Source: Octopus sinensis (lineage: Eukaryota). From it: a stretch of 64,000 bases of DNA. The notes under the pieces were generated by a model that saw only the letters and a program-made list of their open reading frames with translations, was not told where the DNA came from and ran no database searches. Of this stretch, positions 41,515 through 56,699 are shown piece by piece. Numbering within the stretch: the first letter of the stretch is position 1; the number at the start of each line of letters is the position of its first letter. Location: positions 69,936,001 through 70,000,000 of the forward strand of contig NC_043005.1 of the NCBI RefSeq assembly GCF_006345805.1. The letters are read 5' to 3'. The position numbers and the translations under genes are program-made.

Positions 41515-41709
41515 AACGGGCTGGTAGAATCATTAGCACACCAAACAAAATGCTGAGCGGTATTTAGTCTGTCTCAAATTTCGCCGAGGTTGACTTTGCC
41601 ATTCATTCTTTTGGTGCCGATAAAATAAGTACCATTACGTACTAGGGTCGACAGAATAGAATATCCCCCTACCCTTAAATTTCAAGCGTTGTGCCTATTT
41701 TAGTGAAAG

Positions 41710-41763
<54 letters not shown>

Positions 41764-41790
41764 GTTATTGCTGTTGTTGTTATTATTGCT
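41515..41790 (+). mobile_element. Family B SINE with (TTA)n tail
   Basis: GCTGGTAGAATCATTAGCAC...CAAATTTCGCCGAGGTTGACTTTGCC...GATAAAATAAGTACC followed by (ATT)n. Confidence 0.8.
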
Positions 41791-42675
41791 ATTGTTATTT
41801 GTTTCCATCTCCCCGTTTTGCGTGCTATGCTGGTTCATTCTGATAGAATGCACATCTCGTGAGCTTAGGTAACCTGCACCTATCTTAAAATCCTCACAGT
41901 AGCTAATAAACTAGTTTCCTGCATAACAGTGGAGTTTATGTTACAATCAAAATGTTCTTCGAATTTTTGGCAATTTCCTATTTACTGTATTCATCGCGCA
42001 GATGACAAGCAGTATTATCTTTATAATCTTACATTCCCAGAAGCGGGAAAAACTCGCATCCCGAATCATTTTACTTACCATGCTTTTCCAGTTCTTTCTC
42101 TTTTACTCTGGTATATACAGCATTATACATTGACGAGGTGTCCTGCCGAAGTGTTACATGACCTTATCTGTCCGCAGTTTACAATACAACAAGATCTTTG
42201 TATTCTTCATTCACCAGAACTTCTATCTAATATGTATGTATATATCTGTATGTATGCGTACATATATGCTCATATATGCCAATTTTCTCTATAGATGTAC
42301 AGGTATAACAACGGATACATTCTACATCAAGTCAATTATTAGCAGACGACGTACAAAACATACCATTAATAATTTTGATACTACAGCCGCTACTACTGTG
42401 GCTGTAATTTACGGCGATGAAGATATGATGATGATGATACGATAATGAAGATATTGGTAAGGATGAAAAGTATGACGATCATGATATTGATAGAGGCGAT
42501 GACATATTATGCAAGCGTTATCTTAGCGACGGAAACCGATGCGACGCTGTCTGTACCTAGCTGACAGCGCATAAAATTTATGCTGATTATTTTAAATATG
42601 ATTGCTGCCACTAATTGCAAATGTCTAAGTGTCAGTTGGACACCCATGCTTGGAGAGAAGATATACATATATAAG

Positions 42676-42747
<72 letters not shown>

Positions 42748-43249
42748 GGGACGTATGCATGTACATATACATACATACACACACATACATACATATATAT
42801 GCATGCATATATACACGCGCGACCACGCACACACTCATGAACACGTTTATTATTATATATATATATATATATACCCACAAATTTTTTATACAGCAGATGG
42901 CTTGCGTACATATGTACCCATTTATATATTTACGAGTGTATGAGTGCAAACGTATAAATAGGTGCTATGAACGTAAGACTGCTCTTGTATAAATCTGTGT
43001 GTATGCATGTGGCTCTATGTATATTATGCCTTACGTGTGCACGTGAGTGTGTGAGTGTGTGCCTGCGCGTGCTTTGACTGACACACATATTATTATTATT
43101 ATCATAGCTACTAGTATAAAATTGAGCGAGGCAAATGTCAATAGGTGACGATGTACATTACAGTTAAAAGACTGGAGGTTATATTGAAGAGGAAAACAAG
43201 ACTGTTCAGAGGTGCGAGGGAAGCAACTGGTGCTGTAAAGTGCTTTACG

Positions 43250-44215
43250 ATACTTAGGAGATTGCACAGAATACTGATGAGAAGTGGATACGAGTCTCGT
43301 TGGTCGCTGATAAGTTCTTTAAGGAGGAACCATTGAAAACACTCGGCTTAACAATGTTCATAAAAAATACATAGAAAATAGACAAAAAAGCCATACGACG
43401 ACGATGAGAAAGTGAAACCAATTTAGAAGGTAGATTAGGACCAATAGCATTACAGATGCAGTGTTGAATGGGGTTAAACAATCCACAGCAGCACATGCCT
43501 ATATGTGACAAGGGCGAATGGTGGACTTAAAAAGAAAAGGAACATTCTCAGGAGTGAGATAACTCCTAGAACGAAGGAGTGAGTCTACCATCTTTGCAGC
43601 CGATTTGGCAAGAGATTCAGTGTAAATCCTCCAAGAAAAATCATCACAGAAACTCACTCCTAGGAGACGGCGAGAACGACTGTCAGGTAAGTCAATACCA
43701 TCCATTGTAACCAATGGCAGCAAAGAATGTCTGAAACAATTAATTGAAAGGAGTTTAGTTTTCGATGAATTGAACGTTACAAGCCATCTACTCCACTCAA
43801 CAATAGTTTAAAGATCATTCTCAAGGTAAGCTGCAACCTCAACTTTATCAAACAAGTTGTCAGATTTGTCCAAACAAGAGTACAAAGTAGAGTAATCAGC
43901 ATAGTTTACTAGCTGACAAATGATACGACCAGGCAGACCAATGTTAATAAAGAAGAAAAAGAGTCGGGCCCAGGATAGATCCTTAAGGAACCCCGGCATT
44001 ATTAGAATAACTAGATGAAGTTTGGCCAACAAGAACAACCTTGATCCTACGTTTATAAAGGAAAGAGGAGATGATGTTCAGCATGGAAATTAACACACCA
44101 AAGGATTGGAGCTTCCATAGAAGTCCAACATGCCAAACCCTATAAAATACTTTAGAGATATCAAGAACAACTGCCCTAGCTTGACCAGATACATTCAACA
44201 CACTCGGATACACGC
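43250..44215 (-). mobile_element. CR1/Jockey-group LINE reverse transcriptase, 3' half, decayed
   Basis: AVVLDISKVFYRVWH, AGVP*GSILGP, YADYSTLY, RLLGVSF...W, FKSTIRP motifs in correct order on the minus strand. Confidence 0.88.
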
Positions 44216-46148
44216 TGGTCTACATGGTTTTTGATGTTTAGGAAACACACATCATTCCTATACCAAAGCGGTCTCCTGAATCCAAATTTTTATAACCTAA
44301 GTTTGAAGGGAATTAACCGGAAAAATTGACAAACGTTCTCTATCCTAATCTTGCCTCTGCAATTAGACCGGTTCCACATAATGAAGAGCTTCTTTTTCTT
44401 GTCAACGTCTTGCCTCAGATAATTTTACCTTCAACCAAAGAAGATTTAGCACCCGAAGATGACACAAGTGATCAATACTTTTCAGACTTTACCTCAGCTA
44501 TTCTCTCAGGTGAGCTTGATGATCTAGTTTGTTTCTTGAAACGCCACCACACCAAATAATAATAATAATAATTCTGCCGAACCGTTGGTTTCCCGACTAT
44601 AAGAGAAGAATCTTCTAGAGAATGGTGTCCGTATATCCTTTTATGGGAGTCGGCATGAAGATTTCCTTTCTTTCTTTACAAAAGACGAAGAGCTAGTTTA
44701 CTGCATATATGTCAGTGGGCTTCTTAATAAACTTAGCATTGAGGCGTACAAACCAGGGTAATGGCGTCTATCTCGCGATAGGCTACACTAGTAAGCGCCC
44801 TAACTATTGATCACTCGTATATGTATATCGTGAAATGAAAAAACTCGATTGAGATTAACGACGAACGTAGAGTTTTAACAGAATCGAAATTAGTGAATGA
44901 TTTAAATGGGAATTTGGGTATGACTTCGCCTTTGTGACCTTGGACAATTAAAGACACTGGAAGACAAAAGGCTAGAAAGGAGTTGGTGGTGCGTTTCAAT
45001 GGTTAAGATGAGCGGTAGTGACATTGCGTAGCTACATAAATTAGAATGTAACTGGTTTGGAAACCGGATATAAATATTTTCTCGTGTTGCTTTTCATTGC
45101 GGTATGTACATGTGCATTTTGAGCATAGTGTGAGGAAGCGTAGTGGTTTTGGTTAGCCAGGATGTTGCGACCTGGTAAGCAGTGTGAAAACGTATAAGTA
45201 AGAATGAGAGGTGGTTGAAGAGACTGTGTGTGTGATCCTATTCATTAAACAGACTATATATGGTAATACAGAGACTATATATGGCAATACGGAAATTGTA
45301 ATTTTAATGAGTGCAAGTACATAGACAATGCATGTAGCGTTATAATACAACTACAATACAACTACAAGGACTTACAACGTTTAATCTTCATTTCGAAAAC
45401 TGATTCAGCCATCCTACCTACACAGTCCAACTGGTTTTATTTAATCTACAGTTATGGACCTCCTCAAGCACGTACGAAGATATTTTCTCAGCCTTGTAGG
45501 ATAACACTTGCTAACATCACACAAATATAAGCCTCTTAGTGTATCAACTGAGAATCGTATATTATATCCAGAACGCCATAGATTCCCTTCCCCTCGCGAA
45601 CTTATAACTCCTCAACTTAAAGTGCATTCGGCTTGCATTGAAATAATTTCCATAACACACAGACTATTTTCATAAGCATCATTTTCATATATGTATTCAC
45701 TGATTTCAAAACAAGAATTACCTCCTCCTTATATTATTTAATGGTTATTGACAATATTACAAAGTATTACAGAAATTTAGACGGTTCTATTTCTTAAATA
45801 AAAGTTGAAATTTTGCAGATAGTGTATCAGATAGCGGTATGACGCAGTCCGAATATCACCGAATGCAATATCTCTCAGATTGTATACTGATGCCCAATTT
45901 AGGTCGACTAATCAACAAATCTACATAGTCATCCAATACGACGTATTACAGTCAAATGCGCACTTGGTTTCCTCGTCTTTGGACAGACAAGCTTGGGTTT
46001 TATTTAATGCATTAATGTAGCCATACAAAAGCAAAAACATTTCCGATACACTGAGATGTCTCCAGCAATGAAAAAATGGTTAGTGTTTCTGCTGAAACAA
46101 AGATTTCGCGTCTCGCATCACTAAGGAAAATATAATGACTAAACAGCA

Positions 46149-46150
<2 letters not shown>

Positions 46151-46197
<47 letters not shown>

Positions 46198-46224
46198 TCA
46201 TACATACATACGTATGTGTATGTG

Positions 46225-46280
<56 letters not shown>

Positions 46281-46316
46281 CATATAAATACACACAGATA
46301 TATATATATAAATATG

Positions 46317-46347
<31 letters not shown>

Positions 46348-46356
46348 GTATATATG

Positions 46357-46424
<68 letters not shown>

Positions 46425-46433
46425 TATACATAT

Positions 46434-46464
<31 letters not shown>

Positions 46465-46570
46465 CATATATATATAATATATATATACATATATATATAT
46501 ATGTATGCATATACATATACATATACACACATATGAACAAAGACTTGCAGACACATACACACATGCATAT
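46151..46570. repeat. (TATC)n plus compound (AT)n/(AC)n microsatellite
   Basis: Seen directly. Confidence 0.95.
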
Positions 46571-46915
46571 ATATGTATATTGTAAACATCACTAAACCAA
46601 CATATCTCTAAAAAAGTGAAAAGCAATAAATATCGTAAATTCACGGAACAATGCCTATATCAAAGAGAGGAAGATTAGAGTGGAGACTTGCAATAGAATG
46701 TTCATAATGGCATGTTTTAGACAAAAGGTATTTAATGATAAGATCAGGAGTTATATAAAACATATATAAGTAGATAAGGAAAAAAGAATAGCAATAAAGT
46801 ATCTCTTACTTCCTTTGCTGCAATTAAAATGTATTAAAATATAAATAAACAAATTTAGACTAAAGTATAAATACAGTATCTAATACACACACACACACCA
46901 CACACACACACACAC

Positions 46916-47001
<86 letters not shown>

Positions 47002-47149
47002 GGAAGAGAACAAAAACACATATACAATGGAATATTGAAGAAAAGGAGGTGAATTCCGGGATAATACTATGTTTTAGAATTGCACTATGGCAACCTAGAA
47101 GTCATAATCTTTGGTTAAATTTATGAAGTTTGATTGTGATATAGTTATA

Positions 47150-47420
47150 AGTAATTATAAAACGTCATTTTTGATTTGTGTCAAGATATATGACACAGGC
47201 ATGAAATGATATGGAAATTAAGAAGGTTGTGTTACCATTCAATGTGTGTAATCACAGAAGCTCAGGAGTTACTTTTCCCAGCATTGCGTTGCTCATTAAA
47301 TAAGGAGCCAACAAGGAGACACCGGTACAGTACAGTGGAATAAATGATGTAGAAATAATCTTAACAGAAGCATGGTAAAATAGAGTAGACCGCTCGTTAG
47401 CTGACACCACAACTATTGAT
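47150..47420 (+). pseudogene. Very decayed LINE reverse transcriptase remnant
   Basis: Ordered faint motifs FLICVKIYD (cf. FVDLxKAYD), GA-QQGDT (cf. GVRQGD), LADT (cf. FADD). Confidence 0.3.
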
Positions 47421-49499
47421 GCTTGATTTATACCACGTAGAGAATGTCCTGTCAGACTAGAAGAATACTAGTGGTGTTTCTACACTAAAAAGCATAAGGC
47501 GATCTCATGCGAGCATTATTGGTGTATTTGACTAGAGGATGTATTCAGGAATAATTTTGCAACTCACTTAGACAATAGACAGTTTGGGAATGTCGCAAAG
47601 AGGAACAAGCATCTGAGCTATGGTATTTTGTCTTCGTCATTATTACAGGAAATGTATCAAACATTGCAAGGAACGTAGTCTAGTAATTGTTAATTTTACG
47701 GAAGCATTCGACTCTGGTAGCCACTCGACAATTCGTTATTAACTTAAACTTGCTTGGGTGTAAGAAATAATGTATAGGGAGTGTGTTGTATATAATGGTT
47801 TATAATATTATGCAGTGCAAAATCAAATCTGTACAATTTTATATGTCAGAGGGAATGAAGTTGGCTTGCAAATTTCATTTTCGTGTATATATCGGCAATG
47901 CCTGAAAAGCTATTTTCTTGAAGGTGTCTACATGCATAGAAAATTCTTTGATAAATTTTTCATGCTTTACTCTTAAATATAATACAATATGGAATATGTT
48001 AATATTAGAGTAATTGTTGTGTTGATAACGCTTTTTTCTCTGTCGGGCGATTAACTCGCACTACACGTATCTGCTTTCAGGTAAATAATTGATGCTAATA
48101 TTAATATTTAAAAGGGTTCATCATGACGTTACAAATTTTATTTCCCAGAAGAGGTTCGAATATTATCTTCGAGCAGAAAGGGGAAAACAAAAAAAAAACT
48201 ACGCTGTATCAATGCTGAACTCATTGGCGTCCGTTAGCCTTCATCATATCTCTGGAACCAGACTGACATCCTGTAAGTATTATATGTGTGAGAGAAGAGA
48301 GAGGAAGTAGCACGGATCACTATAGCCACCTATAATAACTGGACAGGTCGAAATTTCCCAGACCGGTATCCTGGCAATAATAAACATGAGAAATATACAT
48401 CTCAATACTATTGTGGAAAGAGATATGAATAATTCTCTATTAGTCACGCACTGACCGAATCAAGTTGCATACACTATTATCATCAAAGACGAAAGACAGA
48501 CAATTTGGGACAAGCAAATAATAATGTGCACAGTGGTAGTACAGTAGTAGTGATATTCTAGATGAAATGGCACACATGACTGCAGCATGAGAAAAGCTAA
48601 CACGGGATTCGTATAGGAGGGAGAACAATTGCGTAACTGCAAGCTGGAATCCAATTGTAAAATGTTCCGTGCAATTCCTATTACCATTGCGGTTTTACAG
48701 ATCTGAAGAATCGAGACGTCAGAGCAAATAGATTGCATTCATACTCAACCACCAGAGACAAGTGTTGCAAAATAAGGTCAGGGACATACGCATCCAAAAG
48801 TCAATCAAGTAAACAATATTGTTGTAATGAAAACAACAAGGGAACGTAATGGTGGATATTGGACAGGCTACCGTGCCTCTTCTTAAGCCCATTATCATCC
48901 CTATAGAGTAATTAACATAATAAAGGTATTTGGCAACTTATCCATACGGAAGAGAAAGCAGTGAAATCATTAGCGCATATAGACATTTTTCTCAATCATG
49001 TACATCTCGAAAGTAAGAAAGGAAATTAGCAATTTTAAAATCTGTGAAATGCTTACGTGATTCCCTTTTATTGAAAACAATGGGAGAAGGATATTGATAT
49101 ATTGCGTCATAAGCTTTGACCGAATGCGTGTGCTCCTAACACATATAGTGATAAATTTATGTATAATTTACTACTTAAAATTATACTTTTGTTATAAGAC
49201 GATTTAAAGCGTGGGAAGTGGTCCTTACATTCGCAGAAGAGATTGTGTGACTCATTCAATGGATTTTAAGTTGATCTGCAAGAAAAATAGGCGAGTAAAC
49301 CGTGATTGCAATTCCAGAGATTAACTGTAGAATTTTAGTAACTCCACGAGTAAAGGTAGGATATATAGGTAGGTCTTTTTAGACATGGAATTACCGCAAA
49401 AGAAAAAGAATAAAGATGGTCGCCTATTTATTCATTTTCGAACATTTTTGGCGAATTATACATTCTTAAGAAGATGACTTGCATTTCTTTCAGTTGCTC

Positions 49500-50105
49500 T
49501 TATTGCTCTGGATGTACTGCTGTAGCCGAACCGAAACCTTTTCTCTCACAAAAGGAACTTGATGTAGTTGTATGCACAAAATATTTGCCACCAAATGCCT
49601 CGAGGCATGATTGTAAATTTGATAATAGTCTTTGATGCATAGAAGAGGTATTGACAGACTCGGACCAACACCTTAATATATACTCTTCCCTGGTGACTTC
49701 AACCTCCCAAATTTTAAATGATCTGAAGAGCACATTCTTTCTGGGATGTCAGTGTATGAACAAAAGCAAGTAGAACTTTTACTTGAACTTTCTAATTTGC
49801 AGTTGATGGAAGCAATTATACTCCAGCAAACCAGGGGTAATATCTTGGATTCCTGCTTTACAAATAGCAGAATTTTCAGACCACAACGTTGTAGAACTAA
49901 CAATGTATGATCCTAGGCAAACTGCTGGCGTCTACCCATCAGAAGGACTCGAGCCATATCCAACTAGAATTTCAATAATACTAAATGAAAATCAATCTTT
50001 ATAGAACGCAGATCAAAGGTTGATCACCAGTTGAGTAGGCAACTGAAGGAAACGGACACGCTTGGAAATTGAAAACAAAATCAAACTTTTCCACGAAAAT
50101 GAAAG

Positions 50106-50162
<57 letters not shown>

Positions 50163-50880
50163 GCTGTGCAAAGTATAAAAACAAACCATAAAGTTTTCTA
50201 TAAATTAGCAAAGCAATCAATCGCGGTAAATTCAAAATAGGTTCGTTTTCCCAAGGGATCGACTCACTGATCACGGACCCGAAAAGGATGACTGAAGTGC
50301 TCAATGAATAATTTAAAAGTGTCTTCACCTTTATCTCGTCCCATGGGGATAAAAAAAAGCCTGTTGAATTCTTTAACATTACTCCTCTGCAGGCAAAGGT
50401 GGCAAACATCGATTACATCGGCTTTGAAGAGGTAGATGAAACAGCAGTCATAGACGAAATGAGCTGAAGCTCAGCGATTCAGGCAGATGGTTTCCAAGCT
50501 CTAGTCCTGGAGTTACGTATGCAGGATTTAGCCAATCTTTTTCAGATACTTTCCCAGTATTTCCTTAGAGGTGCTAAACAACCTAAAAAGTTAAAAGTAG
50601 TCATTATCTACCTTATCCATTAAAGAATGGGCGGGGCATAGATTATAAAATTCAAGCCAATCCTTCTTCACATATTGATAGACATGGAATGAGTGGTCAG
50701 AGGAAGAAAATCTGATAATATTCCTCAAAGAAAATAACTTCATGGACTTTGTCTAGGAAGAAGTTGCCTCTCACAGCTCTTCTGGCTCTATCACTGGGTT
50801 TTGAAGAATTTTCATGACCATTTAGATTTTCATATTATGTCGCCTGATTTGGCAAAGATGATATGAAACACCACAAACCT
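49500..50880 (+). mobile_element. CR1-like LINE ORF2 fragment (APE endonuclease plus RT N-terminus), interrupted by (AG)n at ~50109-50160
   Basis: KYLPPNA (YRPP), FPGDFNLPNF, QTRGNILDSCFTN, TDPKRMTEVLNE*FKSVF, HGLCLGRSCLSQL. Confidence 0.85.
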
Positions 50881-51138
50881 GAAGAAATCAGCTAACAAAA
50901 AATATGTAAAAGTACAAAATCTAGGCGGTGCTAGAACCAGACCACAGCCGTAAGGCTAAAACAAACAGAATGATAAAGTATTCTCCCTTTCTTTCTATTT
51001 CTCTGTCGGTATGTTTGTCTGTCTTCTCCCTCTCTCTCAGTCACTCGAGACACACACACACACACATAGATATATTTAAGGCATACATATGTATAACTAT
51101 ATACATATATACACACACACACACACACATACACACAC

Positions 51139-51173
<35 letters not shown>

Positions 51174-51335
51174 ATGTTTAAAGATCAAGGAAAGAAACGC
51201 TGCATTAAATGTAGTTCTTTAGAAGATACAACCATATATGTATTATGTGAAAGCGTTTTTCTACATATGTACTCATATATAAGGGTATGTGAAACCATCT
51301 ATTGACATATAAGTATATATATGTATATATATATA

Positions 51336-51393
<58 letters not shown>

Positions 51394-51461
51394 ACATACG
51401 CATATACGCATGTACACATATGTGTGTGCGTGTCTGCGTGAGAGAGAGTATGTAGCTATAC

Positions 51462-51527
<66 letters not shown>

Positions 51528-51783
51528 ATACGTGTGCCTGCATGCATATATGGACGCCTTTTGTTGTTTCTGATACAATAATAAATTATATCCACATTTG
51601 ATGCGATTGCTCCTTTCCGTTTCCCGTTCTCCCTCTGTCTTTCGAATATCTGTCCGTTTTCTTTTGTTCCTTCGTTTCTCTACATTCCACTCTCACTTCT
51701 ACAATATCAAATCTCTGTCACCACTTTATCTCGCTCATCATAGAGAAGCTTTGTATATATACAATCACACAAGCATTCACTGA

Positions 51784-51786
<3 letters not shown>

Positions 51787-51821
<35 letters not shown>

Positions 51822-51897
51822 TATATATATATAATATATATTATATATTATATATATATATATATATAATATATATATATTATATATATATATATAT

Positions 51898-51956
<59 letters not shown>

Positions 51957-52281
51957 ATATGTACATATATATATATATATAATATATATTATATTATATA
52001 TATATATTATATATATATATTATTTGTATAACTTTGCTTTGATGTGTCAAATTCCTGGAAGTTGAAACGAACCAACCAACTGTTCAAAATTCATTGCATC
52101 ATTTGCCAGAAAAACCTTTGTGCAAATATTTCGAATTTATAACTTAATGATGAGATGAAAGTAGTTGTGTAAATTGTGAATTTCCTCATCACACAATTTG
52201 CTTTTACTCATACGCAATTTCATGCAACTCAAGGAGAATTGCATAGCGTTGATATACATACCTACGACACAAATAGACACA

Positions 52282-52330
<49 letters not shown>

Positions 52331-52393
52331 TACATATATATATATACTCACATGTGCATATATGTTGCATACTAAAATTTATATATATATATT

Positions 52394-52445
<52 letters not shown>

Positions 52446-52458
52446 TATACATACATAT

Positions 52459-52492
<34 letters not shown>

Positions 52493-52727
52493 CGTATAAA
52501 TATATTTATATCTATATACACATACATATATATATAAATACACGCACATATATATGTAAATTGTATGTCTGTATTTAGGTGTCTATTTTCATATATATAT
52601 ATATATATATGTATGTATATACAAACATATATACCTGTGTATATATATATATATATATGAATATACAGGTATATATACGTATATATGTATGTGTATACAA
52701 ACATATATCCATATATATAAACCTGTA

Positions 52728-52811
<84 letters not shown>

Positions 52812-52830
52812 TCATACACACATACACACG
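51787..52830. repeat. Cluster of long compound (AT)n microsatellites
   Basis: Seen directly; source of many YI/IY-repeat ORFs. Confidence 0.95.
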
Positions 52831-53784
52831 CACATAAATATACGCGTATATTCAGAGAGGCATCTAAGGTACATTGAATTTAAATGGTGGAAATAGTATG
52901 CAATTATATAATATACGTATATACAACATATTGTATTTTAATATGAACCCATATACACATGTATATTTACATATGTATGTATATGAATAAAAATAAACAA
53001 TTACATATATATCTATATATATGCATACATATGTTTACATTCATACACTCATACATGCATGCATACATACACATATACATACCTACATACACAATGATAG
53101 CTTTGGTGACAAGAAGTGAAGCCTATTTTGTTATCATTTTTATTTTTGAAATTGTGAGAACCTATTTTTTTATTTTAATACAAATGTTTGACGCAATCGC
53201 TATCGTAACTAGTAGCTATTGCAGTGTTTGTGTGGGTGGATGAGCTTTTGATAATGCAATTGTTTTTGCAATGTGTAGTGGTTTAGACTGCTTCGGTTGT
53301 GGTTTGTTACAGTTAGCTTTGTGTATCGTCATGGGTGTCCAGGATGAACCCCTCTATATGGAAATATATAAACATTTCTTAACTCCAGCAAACTATATGA
53401 GGGTTACTTCGGAAGGGCGAATATTGTTTGGATAAAGTAACTGATTCTTACTTTACATCAAATGCTTTTTTTTTTCAGTATTTTCTTGTTGGTATTAATT
53501 GATGTCTGCATAATGCGCATACATATAGTTGTTTACTCATCAATTCAATTAATTTCACGATTGAATATTATTATCATACGAATGAGCTTTTGAAAGGAGT
53601 TGTGTAATGATATGAATAACCATGATATCACATATTTTATTTCTATATTTAATTACAATGTCCAAGTAATATTTCACGCTAGCAATGTCTTTCTCATGCA
53701 AATATTAAGTGCATCATAGTTAGACACACTTGAAGTATGTATACTACTCTATTATTCACAATTTTAAGGTGGAAGGCTGACAGA

Positions 53785-53965
53785 AATGTTAAGCTTAGTG
53801 GCATTTCGCCCATCTTTATGATGAGAGTTCAAATTCCACAGTGGTCGAATTTTCCTTCCCTCATTTTGTGGTCGATAAAGTAAGTAACATTTGAGCACTG
53901 TTAGCCGATGTATTCGACTTACTCCTTCCAAAAGAATTGCTGGCCTGGTGCCATAATTGGAAACC
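53785..53965 (+). mobile_element. Family B SINE, degenerate
   Basis: GAGTTCAAATTCCAC...GTCGATAAAGTAAGTA...TGCTGGCCTGGTGCCA. Confidence 0.7.
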
Positions 53966-54494
53966 AATAGTATTAACATGGTTATCAGTTTCCGTATTTT
54001 TGTAGCATTTTGAGAGCAACCTTTTACCAGTAATACATACACTGGTTACTCTTCACTCATTGTATTATTATTAGTAAACTAGTTAACTATTTTTAACAAT
54101 TAAGTAATTGATCAGAATCAGTTAAACTAAATAGAATGCCGATGTATTCGCTTTAGTATGTGTTTATATATAACACATAATCTAAACTGCTTCTTAAGAA
54201 TAATTTACAAATAATATCGTATTTATTATGATAAAATATTTCAATTTGTTAGTAACCTAGTGTTTTAGTGTTGAGCTTATTTGTACTCAATATACGACGC
54301 ATTGCTATTCATAAATCACCTGTCAATATTCATTGAGTTATATTTATTGGATAAAGTTAGGTTTCAAGCAGAAAATTCGTTGTTAAAGAGAGAATTCGTT
54401 GAAATTATATCTTCCAATAGGAAAGCTTTTTTTCCAGATATTTTCCTTAAACCTCGGAATTATTTTTATAGCTAATTACTCCGGATATAATTTT

Positions 54495-54660
54495 TTCGGC
54501 ATTCCTTTCAATTTTACGTTCTGAGTTGATGTTCTGCCAATGTGGACTTTCTTTCTACTCTTTGGCGTCGATAAAATAATTACCTGTTGAGTTCTGCGGT
54601 CGACGAAAACGACATGTTCCGTCACCTCGACATCGCCACCTTTTGCCAGAATTACAAAGA
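54495..54660 (+). mobile_element. Family B SINE, degenerate
   Basis: TTACGTTCTGAGTTG...GGCGTCGATAAAATAATTACC. Confidence 0.6.
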
Positions 54661-56221
54661 ATTATATTAGTGGCTAATTATTTTAGAATCTATAATTAGA
54701 GAGCATTCGATGTGTTTCTGGTAATTAATGCATGTCACGTTCTAAATAACTATCTTCTATTGTTGGCAAATATGGCATTCTGCAACAATAACTGTTCATC
54801 GCATTCATAAGGATGTTTGCTGTGTGTCTACAAGTATAGTTTTAGCGAGCACATTATGATTCTCCGTTGTTTGTGAATTTGATCTTTTCTCCATCTAAGA
54901 TTGATGATTGCTAAATTCCAATAGACTCTTCTAGCACACACAGTAAGGTGTTAAGTTCTGCTATTTTGTTAAATATTTTAGTTTAAAGTCCGGTACATTC
55001 TACCTTAACAAGCTTTCTAGATCTTGTTTATTATATCATAACTCGATTACTGCAATTTTGAACAATTCTAGAATCCTCCTCATTGTTATTCTAGAATTTC
55101 GCTGGATGAGTTTTTGAATGTTCAATCGTCGCAGTCTGAATGTTATCCAGGCGTATTCCTCCATATTCCTTCTGCTCGAATAATCTATAAGTTATTCACC
55201 ACATAACATATAATGCTTTCTTCGGTAGAATTAATTAGATAAATGAAATAATAAATGTGCCTTATGCGAGAAAACGACAAAACGGATGTAATGCGTTTTT
55301 TCAAAGGAACACTTTGTTAGGTCTGGCCTGCAAGAAAATTACAACTTATCAGCTATAATTTATGTTGTTGCTAGTGATGTTCATGCGCTGCTACCATATA
55401 TTGACATTAGCTACTTTTTACCAAGATTTCTTTTTGATGACAGGTGAATTATTTTAGTTCAAAAGAGCGTTCCTGATTTACATATCGATGGATCCTATGC
55501 AATTTAGCATGTACGAATGTCCTTAGGATACACTTTTACTTACGACAGCCTCATTAAAATCACATTATGTATCTGATGTTTCTTTATTTGCTCTTTTCGG
55601 GAGTTTGGTTTTCTGTATTTTCCTTGCCGATCTAATTAAGGACTGCGTGTTATATTTTATATCTTTTTCATTATTATTTTGTTTTCCTGAGAATATTTGA
55701 TCCAGTTTAAGTTTTTCTATAAGAACAAATTGGAGCAATTATCAATTCTTCTGATTACCTACTGCGGTGGATAGCTAGATTACCTTATTAAATTTGAAGA
55801 TATTGATGAATGCATCTACTAACAGTGTACTGACGAATGATGCGATGTATGAATATTGTAAGCTTAACAGTCCGTTTTATATTTATAAATATTTCGCATG
55901 ATGCTGGAAAGTACATTGATTTCAACTTTACATCTATCTCTCTTTTAATTACAATAAATACCTGAGCGTGTGATTTGGGCGTTTTTACATTAGATAGATT
56001 TTATTTACTTATTTTCATGTTTCAATTTTTCTGGTTACACAGCAGATTTTGTTTTCCAATTTTCGCTTCCTTTTAAAATTTGTTTATTTTATTTTTTTTT
56101 TCATTATACATTGTTTTCTCCTATGTACCGCATCTCGATGTCCGTAATATTTCTCTTCTAAAACATGGCCTTGTAGTTTCGAGGAATTAATATATTAATG
56201 TTGATTATGTATCAATATCCT

Positions 56222-56302
56222 GGATACCGTCGGGCATATGGTGTAGTGGTTAAGAGCGCAGGCTACTAACCCCAAGATTTCGAGTTCGAGGCCAGGCAGC
56301 GA

Positions 56303-56363
<61 letters not shown>

Positions 56364-56630
56364 GATAATAATAATTATAATAATAACAACAATAACAACA
56401 ACAATAATAATAATAACAACAACAACAACAAGAATAATAACAACAACAACAACAAAATACCTTAGGAATGAGCACCCAGGTTCGAAATTTCACCAAGACA
56501 CCTGATGAATGCTGGAGTGCATATGAGCTGAAACGTTGTGTTAACAACAAAGAAGATGAGTACAACTACCTGTCAAATGTAAATAATGTAAATAATGTAC
56601 ATAATTCCTCATCTCTTAAATATAGAACTG
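56222..56630 (+). mobile_element. tRNA-headed element with internal (AAT/AAC)n and a minimal hammerhead (SINE/retrozyme-like)
   Basis: A box TGGTGTAGTGG, anticodon-like loop CTACTAA, B box GAGTTCGAGGCC; microsatellite ~56307-56455; second GGTTCGAAATT; hammerhead GACAC-CTGATGA...GAAACGTT-GTGTT at 56497-56542. Confidence 0.75.
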
Positions 56631-56699
56631 TATATATTGTTGTTGTGGCTAAAGGAGTACACTCGAAGAATTTCTCAATTCGTAATCTATATGATCTCT

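Noticed and set aside
56231-56305. Call as a functional tRNA gene
   Set aside because: Acceptor and T stems do not pair properly and it is embedded in a repeat; treated as a tRNA-derived promoter.
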